From NCBI GenBank assembly GCA_023818895.1, contig JAMWCX010000002.1, positions 150,001 through 182,000 of the forward strand: a stretch of 32,000 bases of DNA, given 5' to 3'. Made by a program: the position numbers and the translations under genes. Under the pieces are notes generated by a model, which saw only the letters and a list, made by a program, of their open reading frames with translations, made no database searches and was not told the origin of the DNA. Below, one piece after another: positions 26,636-32,000 of the stretch; position 1 is the stretch's first letter, and every line of letters begins with the position of its first letter. This DNA is from Candidatus Omnitrophota bacterium. Its GTDB lineage: Bacteria > Omnitrophota > Gorgyraeia > 2-01-FULL-45-10.

Positions 26636-28653
26636 CAGAACTTTATCTTGGCCTGTACGTCCACCGTGCGGGGCGGCATCAGAGTATTCAGGTAGTTCTG
26701 ATACCGCGCGTCGAAGAGATTGTCGATCTTGACCAGCACGCTGAAGTTCTTTGTGATTTCCTTGGAGACACCCAGGTCGAACACATAGCTTTCTTTGATC
26801 TTCTGGGTGTTCGTGTCATTTGTGAACATTATACCAGTATATCGTCCCGCCAGATCAAGGTCAAATAGCTTCGGCAGGGTAAGCGACAGGCCGAAGGAAG
26901 ACTTGTTCTTGGGGGTATAGACGAGGTATTTTTTCAGAGTATTCGTATTTGTGTGATCTTCAATCCTGGAGGAGTTTAGCGTATAGTTGGCGTAAACAAA
27001 GAAGTATTCATTAAGCCGATAACTTAACCCGGTTTCCATGCCAAAAATGTCAACATGCCCGATGTTCTGCCGAAGTTTCGTCTTCTCGCTTATATCAGCG
27101 CTATATATGAGATCGCGCACATCACTGTGATAGAAGGTCGTCCTCAAAAGCAATTTTTTCGCAAATAGATAATCGACCCCTATTTCGTATGAATAGGCCC
27201 GCTCCGGCTTAAGGTCAGGGTTTGCCTGATAGACGGTCGTGCCCATCTGCCAGGTACGGTACTGGTCATAAAGCGTCGGTATGCGAAAAACTTTGCCCGA
27301 GCCGCCGCGAAGCGTCAGCTCTTCAGTCACGTGCAGGATAGCGCTTGCCGCGGGCGAGAGCGCCTTGCCGGATACCGGGCCATAGCCGGTCTCCCTCCTA
27401 GCCACCGCCCAGTTCGTATCATAGCCATAGCCGTCGTAATTGGTCCATAAATCCAGTCTCCCGCACAGATAGACCAAAAGTTTTTCGTCGAGGAATTTGA
27501 GTTCGTCCTGAAGGTACAGCCCTTCCGTGGCCTGCGTGCCGTGCGCCTGCGTTCTTCTTGTGGAGGCAATGTATTCGTCCCTGCTGTTGATCTTGCCCCA
27601 GCGCCAATCAAAACCAGCGACGATTGTATTATTTCTGCAGATATCAAAGGTCGTCTGGACGTTCCCGCTCCATTCACTCTTGGGATTACGGTTTACATAA
27701 GATGGGATATACTGCGGCAGTCCGCGCGCCCTTTGGGCGGCGGTGGCGATGGTATCAATCCACTGGGTGGTATTTTCCCATCCGAAATTCATCGACGCGA
27801 AGACCTCCATAATGCCGGTGATCACTTTCCTGCCGGACATCGTCAGATTATCAAGGTCCTGTTCGCTCAGGTAATTCTGCCTGCCGAGACACGCCTCCTG
27901 ATTAAAATACCGGTATTCTGCGGTAACGTAAGAGTCTTCGTCAAAATCGTATCTGGTCTTAATGTCCGCCGTGTAGCTTTCGCGCCACCTGCGTATATCC
28001 CAGTAGTTCCGGTTAGCGGCCGCGACATAGCCGTTAGTCCTGTAAGCGCTTCCCGAAAGAATATAACTGAAATTTTTGTATTTAAAAGCATGCCTGAAAT
28101 CCGCTGACCGGGTGGCGAAACTTCCATAGGAGAGGTAAACGTCTGTCTCGGGTTTATCCGGAAGCTTTGTTATTATGTTTATGACACCTCCCATGGCACC
28201 GGGGCCGTATATGGCCGAAAACGGCCCTGGCGAGACCTCGACCCGCTCAACATCCTTTGGATTAATGGCGTTCCAATAGACTTCGCCCGTATATATCTCG
28301 TTAAAGCGCACCCCGTCTATGAGAACAAGTGTGCGGCCTCTGACGTCTGTGCCGAAACCGCGTAATGAGACTTTGCTTACAGTCGATGTAAAACCCTGGG
28401 GGCGCTGCACATCAACGCCCGGCAACGCGCGCAGCGTTTCATCTATGGTAGCGGGATTCTGACGCTCGATCTGATCGCCCTCTACCATCGACACAGCTGC
28501 CGGTGCGTCGTATAAGGTAACGGCATTGCGCGCCGGTGTAACGACTATTTTATCCAGTTTAACGCTGCTTTCTTCTCCATAAACAGTAGTCGCTGCCATA
28601 AAAGATGCGACAGCAAATATTATCCCTAATAACCTGAGAACACCTCGCGCCAT
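26635..28653 (-). CDS. TonB-dependent outer-membrane receptor
   Basis: Has a signal peptide, a TonB-box-like DKIVVTP, and plug-domain blocks (LRALPGVDV, LIDGVRFN, GPGAMGGVINIITK). A long beta-barrel region ends in AKIKF with a terminal Phe. A strong RBS (GAGGAGGAGGAG) is present. Confidence 0.88.
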   Translation of the reverse strand: MARGVLRLLGIIFAVASFMAATTVYGEESSVKLDKIVVTPARNAVTLYDAPAAVSMVEGDQIERQNPATIDETLRALPGVDVQRPQGFTSTVSKVSLRGFGTDVRGRTLVLIDGVRFNEIYTGEVYWNAINPKDVERVEVSPGPFSAIYGPGAMGGVINIITKLPDKPETDVYLSYGSFATRSADFRHAFKYKNFSYILSGSAYRTNGYVAAANRNYWDIRRWRESYTADIKTRYDFDEDSYVTAEYRYFNQEACLGRQNYLSEQDLDNLTMSGRKVITGIMEVFASMNFGWENTTQWIDTIATAAQRARGLPQYIPSYVNRNPKSEWSGNVQTTFDICRNNTIVAGFDWRWGKINSRDEYIASTRRTQAHGTQATEGLYLQDELKFLDEKLLVYLCGRLDLWTNYDGYGYDTNWAVARRETGYGPVSGKALSPAASAILHVTEELTLRGGSGKVFRIPTLYDQYRTWQMGTTVYQANPDLKPERAYSYEIGVDYLFAKKLLLRTTFYHSDVRDLIYSADISEKTKLRQNIGHVDIFGMETGLSYRLNEYFFVYANYTLNSSRIEDHTNTNTLKKYLVYTPKNKSSFGLSLTLPKLFDLDLAGRYTGIMFTNDTNTQKIKESYVFDLGVSKEITKNFSVLVKIDNLFDARYQNYLNTLMPPRTVDVQAKIKF

Positions 28654-28727
28654 CTCCTCCTCCTCAATCTTTCTTTAGTGTTACTACTACAATAATCGTG
28701 CTACTCTTATGCAAAAAAATAAAGTCC

Positions 28728-29141
28728 TCATACTATACATCTACCCGTGCTCGACATGCCGAGGGTCGCATGTTTAACGCCCCTTACAGCCTTAAGCGTA
28801 TCGGCGAGCCTTTGCGCCTCTCTGGCGCTTCCTCTTATCGCTATGATCTCCATGCAGTTATGGTGATCTATATGTATATGCTGGGTCGATATGATGTTTT
28901 TGCCGTGGTCATGCTGGATATCCATCAACTTATTAACGAGCTCTCTCTGGTGGTGGTCATAGACTATCGTTATCGTCCCAACCACATCCGCGTCCTCCTC
29001 CCATTCCTTCTTAACAAGCTCCTTGCGTATGAGGTCGCGGAACGCCTCGGAGCGGTTCGTGTAATTTTTTCTTTCGATAAGGCGATCGAATTTCTCAAGC
29101 AGCTCTTTGTCGAGTGATACGCCGAACCTTACCAAGCCCAT
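28728..29141 (-). CDS. nikR: Nickel-responsive transcriptional regulator NikR
   Basis: The N-terminal ribbon-helix-helix is RFGVSLDKELLEKFDRLIERKNYTNRSEAFRDLIR. The C-terminal ACT-like domain has the His/Cys cluster QHDHGKNIISTQHIHIDHHNC, which aligns with the E. coli NikR high-affinity Ni site region. Confidence 0.9.
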   Translation of the reverse strand: MGLVRFGVSLDKELLEKFDRLIERKNYTNRSEAFRDLIRKELVKKEWEEDADVVGTITIVYDHHQRELVNKLMDIQHDHGKNIISTQHIHIDHHNCMEIIAIRGSAREAQRLADTLKAVRGVKHATLGMSSTGRCIV

Positions 29142-29156
29142 ACGGTCTATCCTTTT

Positions 29157-29185
29157 AATGCTACTTTTTTAAGAATTGTAGCATT
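29157..29185. promoter_or_regulatory. Candidate NikR operator: perfect inverted repeat AATGCTAC-N13-GTAGCATT
   Basis: This 8-bp perfect palindrome with a 13-nt AT-rich spacer lies 16 nt upstream of the nikR ATG and overlaps the predicted -10 box. Its geometry matches the 7-N13-7 (GTGTTAC-N13-GTAACAC type) NikR boxes I recall from non-enteric bacteria. Confidence 0.55.
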
Positions 29186-29202
29186 ACTATTATTTTAGTC
29201 AA
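29175..29202 (-). promoter_or_regulatory. Sigma70-type promoter reading into nikR and the downstream receptor/ECF genes
   Basis: The minus strand reads TTGACT, a 16-nt spacer, then TACAAT. The -10 hexamer is embedded in the upstream half-site of the palindrome. Confidence 0.45.
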
Positions 29203-29259
29203 TAGAATTTTTTAAAAACGTTGGCAGCGGCATACTTTTATCAAAAAATTTATGAGGTT

Positions 29260-30018
29260 TTACTGCCCGATAAGACCAACGGAGAGTATTGAAGACAGCA
29301 AAAGTTTTGTGTAAGGATGGCTTGGCCTGTTGTAAACATTGTCGACATCGCCCTCCTCCACGATCCTGCCCTGCCGCATCACAGCGAGCCGATCGCACAT
29401 GTATTTCACCACCCGCAGGTCGTGGCTGATAAAAAGATACGTTATACCTAATTTTCTCCGGAAGTCTTTAAGAAGGTTCAATATCTCAAGTTGTATCGTG
29501 ACATCAAGGCTCGAGACCGGCTCGTCGCAGACGATGAATTCCGGCTCGGTGATTATCGCCCTGGCGATGGCGATCCTCTGGCGCTCACCGCCGGAGAACT
29601 GGTGCGGAAATTTCATCAAGGCAGACTCCGGAAGCTTCACAAGGTCAAGCGCTTCCCTGACTTTTTCTCTTATTGGCGTCATGCGCCCTGTAACATTCGC
29701 CTTTAAAACAAGCCCTTCGGCGAGTATATCACATACTCTCATCTTAGGATCCAGGCTGTTATACGGATCCTGGAATACCGCCTGAAGCTTCGTCGTTTTC
29801 AGCTCGACTGACCCTGCGTCCGGCTTAATAACGCCGAGGATGATCCTGCCGAGTGTCGTCTTGCCGCAGCCTGATTCCCCCACAAGGCCGAAGGCTTCGC
29901 CTTTATTTATCGTAAGCGAAACGCCGTCAACTGCCTTAACCGCGCCTATGGTATCCTGCAGATAACCGCGCTTTATCGGAAATTCTTTCCTTACATTTTC
30001 ACATTTGGCCAGTATCAT
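29260..30018 (-). CDS. ABC transporter ATP-binding protein, peptide/nickel family (NikE/OppF-like, short form)
   Basis: Walker A is GESGCGKTT, the signature is FSGGERQRI, and Walker B is FIVCDEPVSSLD. A C-terminal RPSHPYT motif is present. At 252 aa it lacks the long Opp-type C-terminal extension. Confidence 0.85.
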   Translation of the reverse strand: MILAKCENVRKEFPIKRGYLQDTIGAVKAVDGVSLTINKGEAFGLVGESGCGKTTLGRIILGVIKPDAGSVELKTTKLQAVFQDPYNSLDPKMRVCDILAEGLVLKANVTGRMTPIREKVREALDLVKLPESALMKFPHQFSGGERQRIAIARAIITEPEFIVCDEPVSSLDVTIQLEILNLLKDFRRKLGITYLFISHDLRVVKYMCDRLAVMRQGRIVEEGDVDNVYNRPSHPYTKLLLSSILSVGLIGQ

Positions 30019-30800
30019 GCGAGCGCCTTTACGGATTCCAATAACGCTATTGTATAAGGATCCTTGGGTCTTCCTATAACCATCTTCGTATCACCGAACT
30101 CCACTATTTTTCCTTTATTCATCACGGCGACCCTGTCGCACATTTTCGCTATTATGCCGAAATCGTGACTTATAAATAGGACCGAGAGGTTCTCACGCTT
30201 GATTATCTCCTCGAGAAGCTCGAGTATCTGTGCCTGTGTCGTTACATCAAGGGCTGTCGTTGGCTCATCAAGTATGAGAAGCTGCGGCGAATTGGCAAGC
30301 GCCATCGCTATCATAGCACGTTGCTTCATCCCGCCTGAGAGTTGGTGCGGATAATCGGCGTAGACTTTATGCGAATCCGGAATCTGCGCTTTTCGAAGGA
30401 ATTTCATAACTATATCCTTTACCTTCCAAGCCGCCATCGGATTGTGCGCCGTAATAGCCTCACTTATCTGATAGCCGATGGTAAATACCGGGTTAAAAGC
30501 GCTTGCCGGTTCCTGAAATACCATCGATATCTTTGAGCCGCGGATATCGCGCAAGGACTTTTCGTTCATAACCAATATATCTTTGCCGTTAAAAAGGATG
30601 CTTCCTGACGTTATCTTCCCGGGCGGTGATATAAGCCTCAGAATCGAAAGAGCCGTCAAAGTCTTACCGCAACCTGACTCTCCTATAAGGCCAAATACCT
30701 CCCCCTTCCGGATGTCAAAATTTATACCGTCGATGGGCCTGACAACACCGTACGGGGTATCGAATTGCACTCTTAAGTCCTTTACGCTTAATATATCCAT
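30015..30800 (-). CDS. ABC transporter ATP-binding protein, peptide/nickel family (NikD/OppD-like, short form)
   Basis: Walker A is GESGCGKTL, the signature is LSGGMKQRA, and Walker B is LLILDEPTTALD. It overlaps the next ATPase gene by 4 nt. Confidence 0.85.
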   Translation of the reverse strand: MDILSVKDLRVQFDTPYGVVRPIDGINFDIRKGEVFGLIGESGCGKTLTALSILRLISPPGKITSGSILFNGKDILVMNEKSLRDIRGSKISMVFQEPASAFNPVFTIGYQISEAITAHNPMAAWKVKDIVMKFLRKAQIPDSHKVYADYPHQLSGGMKQRAMIAMALANSPQLLILDEPTTALDVTTQAQILELLEEIIKRENLSVLFISHDFGIIAKMCDRVAVMNKGKIVEFGDTKMVIGRPKDPYTIALLESVKALA

Positions 30801-30801
30801 C

Positions 30802-31620
30802 TTATTTTCGAAGCCTCGGCTCCATGAGGTCTCTCAATCCCTCCCCCAATAGATTATACGCAAGCACCGTCAGCAATATAAATACGCCTGGAAATACAGT
30901 AAGCCACCAGGCAACTCCTAAAGTCGATTTGCCATCCATCAGAATGTTACCCCAGCTCGGAGTAGGCGGTTGTACCCCTATGCCCAGAAAGCTGAGCGAG
31001 GATTCAACGAGTATGGCGCCACCTACGCCAAGAGTCGCATTCACCATGACCGGCCCTATAGCGTTCGGTATCAGATGCCTGAAGATTATCCAGGCGCCGT
31101 TGGCGCCCATTACCTTTGAGGCCACCACGTAGTCCCTCTCTTTAAGGGTAAGTATCTCCGCTCTTATGAGGCGGGCTACACCCATCCAGCTGGTCGCGCC
31201 TATTATAACCATTATGTTGAATATTGAGGGTTCGAGAACCGCTATCACAGCGAGTATAAGAAAAAATGTCGGGAAGCACAGCATTATATCCACAAACCTC
31301 ATTATTATCGAATCCACCTTGCCGCCGTAATATCCGGCAACTGAACCTAAGAATACACCTATAAGCACCGCGATGCCAACAGCGATGAACCCTATCGACA
31401 AAGATATCCGCGAGCCGTAGACTATCCGCGAGAATAGATCGCGGCCGAGAGCGTCTGTGCCGAAGATATGCTTTGCGGACGGCGCGGCAAGTACATTTTT
31501 GGAATCGATATACGATGGGTCGTAGGGAGCTATAAAGGGCGCAAATAAGGCAAAAGCAATCATCAGAGTTATGAAGTCTAACCCCACAAGCGCCATTTTG
31601 TTATTTAAGAATTCTTTCAT
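30802..31620 (-). CDS. ABC transporter permease, peptide/nickel family (NikC/DppC/OppC-like)
   Basis: Multi-pass permease with the typical N-terminus (FAPFIAPYDP) and a BPD_transp_1 EAA-loop region (ASKVMGANGAWIIFRHLIPN). Confidence 0.85.
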   Translation of the reverse strand: MKEFLNNKMALVGLDFITLMIAFALFAPFIAPYDPSYIDSKNVLAAPSAKHIFGTDALGRDLFSRIVYGSRISLSIGFIAVGIAVLIGVFLGSVAGYYGGKVDSIIMRFVDIMLCFPTFFLILAVIAVLEPSIFNIMVIIGATSWMGVARLIRAEILTLKERDYVVASKVMGANGAWIIFRHLIPNAIGPVMVNATLGVGGAILVESSLSFLGIGVQPPTPSWGNILMDGKSTLGVAWWLTVFPGVFILLTVLAYNLLGEGLRDLMEPRLRK

Positions 31621-31638
31621 CTGTTCCTAATCGCCGCC

Positions 31639-32000
31639 TTAAGCATTTTCTGTAATCCTTATCCTCGGGTCAGCGTATGAATATGCGATATCCGCAAGCA
31701 AATTACCAAAAAGTGTCAGCACAGCGCCAATTGACAACACCCCCATTATCGTAGGGTAGTCACGCGCCATGACAGATTCGTAAAAAAGCCTGCCCATCCC
31801 GGGTATCGCGAATATTGATTCGAATATGACGCTTCCGCCGATGAGGCCGGGTATCGAAAGCCCCAGTATCGTGATAACCGGAAGTATAGCGTTCTTTAAA
31901 GCGTGCTTATATATAACAACCGACTCCTTCAGGCCTTTGGCACGGGCTGTCCTTATGTAGTCCTGATGCATCACGCCCACCATCGAGCCGCGCATGTAAC
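31639..32000 (-). CDS. ABC transporter permease, peptide/nickel family (NikB/DppB/OppB-like), C-terminal part; continues beyond the window end
   Basis: The EAA-loop sequence is [24 protein letters not shown], and the C-terminus YSYADPRIR is typical. The reading frame stays open to the window edge. Confidence 0.8.
   Translation of the reverse strand, partial: YMRGSMVGVMHQDYIRTARAKGLKESVVIYKHALKNAILPVITILGLSIPGLIGGSVIFESIFAIPGMGRLFYESVMARDYPTIMGVLSIGAVLTLFGNLLADIAYSYADPRIRITENA

Noticed and set aside
28698-29117. A 139-aa plus-strand ORF.
   Set aside because: It is antisense to nikR, which has a clear RHH domain and Ni-site His/Cys cluster. It has no motifs of its own.
29157-29185. The AATGCTAC-N13-GTAGCATT inverted repeat read as an intrinsic terminator for the upstream ABC ATPase gene.
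   Set aside because: As RNA it would have a 13-nt loop. On the transcribed strand it is followed by AAAAGGATAG, not a U tract. Its overlap with a -10 box directly upstream of nikR fits an operator much better.
1-32000. A search for CRISPR arrays, transposases, integrases, phage genes, toxin-antitoxin pairs or defence-system signatures.
   Set aside because: I found no regularly spaced direct repeats with unique spacers, no terminal inverted repeats flanking genes, and no recombinase, nuclease or defence-type motifs in any substantial ORF. The window reads as core chromosome.

Overview
This is a gene-dense chromosomal window, most likely from a diderm bacterium, since it has a TonB-dependent receptor ending in an OMP-type C-terminal Phe. 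I cannot assign taxonomy from the sequence alone. All genes lie on the minus strand except one two-gene unit at 10986-12664.

Reading in minus-strand transcription order from the high-coordinate end, the window contains:
- a peptide/nickel-type ABC importer (two permeases, two short ATPases);
- nikR, preceded by a perfect 8-N13-8 palindrome that overlaps a sigma70-like promoter;
- four overlapping, probably translationally coupled genes: a TonB-dependent receptor, a small radical SAM enzyme, a duplicated ECF ATPase, and an ECF T component fused to an S-component-like domain;
- nth-like glycosylase, GNAT, leuC, leuD, leuB, asd, truA, a small membrane protein and a YihX-like HAD hydrolase, ending at a clear terminator;
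- smc;
- a divergent unit encoding a secreted protein and a GAF-GGDEF cyclase;
- a riboflavin operon, ribBA-ribH-nusB-PHP phosphoesterase-ribD-ribE, under an FMN riboswitch;
- a TIGR04073-like secreted protein and tRNA-Pro(CGG);
- two tandem paralogous GT-C/TPR membrane proteins, an acylphosphatase, a metallophosphoesterase, and the 5' end of ligA.

I saw no CRISPR array, transposase, integrase or phage genes.

The most unusual content is the NikR-linked module combining a TonB receptor, a radical SAM enzyme and an ECF transporter. Next are the oversized FMN riboswitch and the PHP phosphoesterase embedded in the rib operon. All functional calls rest on motifs I recognise by eye. No database search was run.
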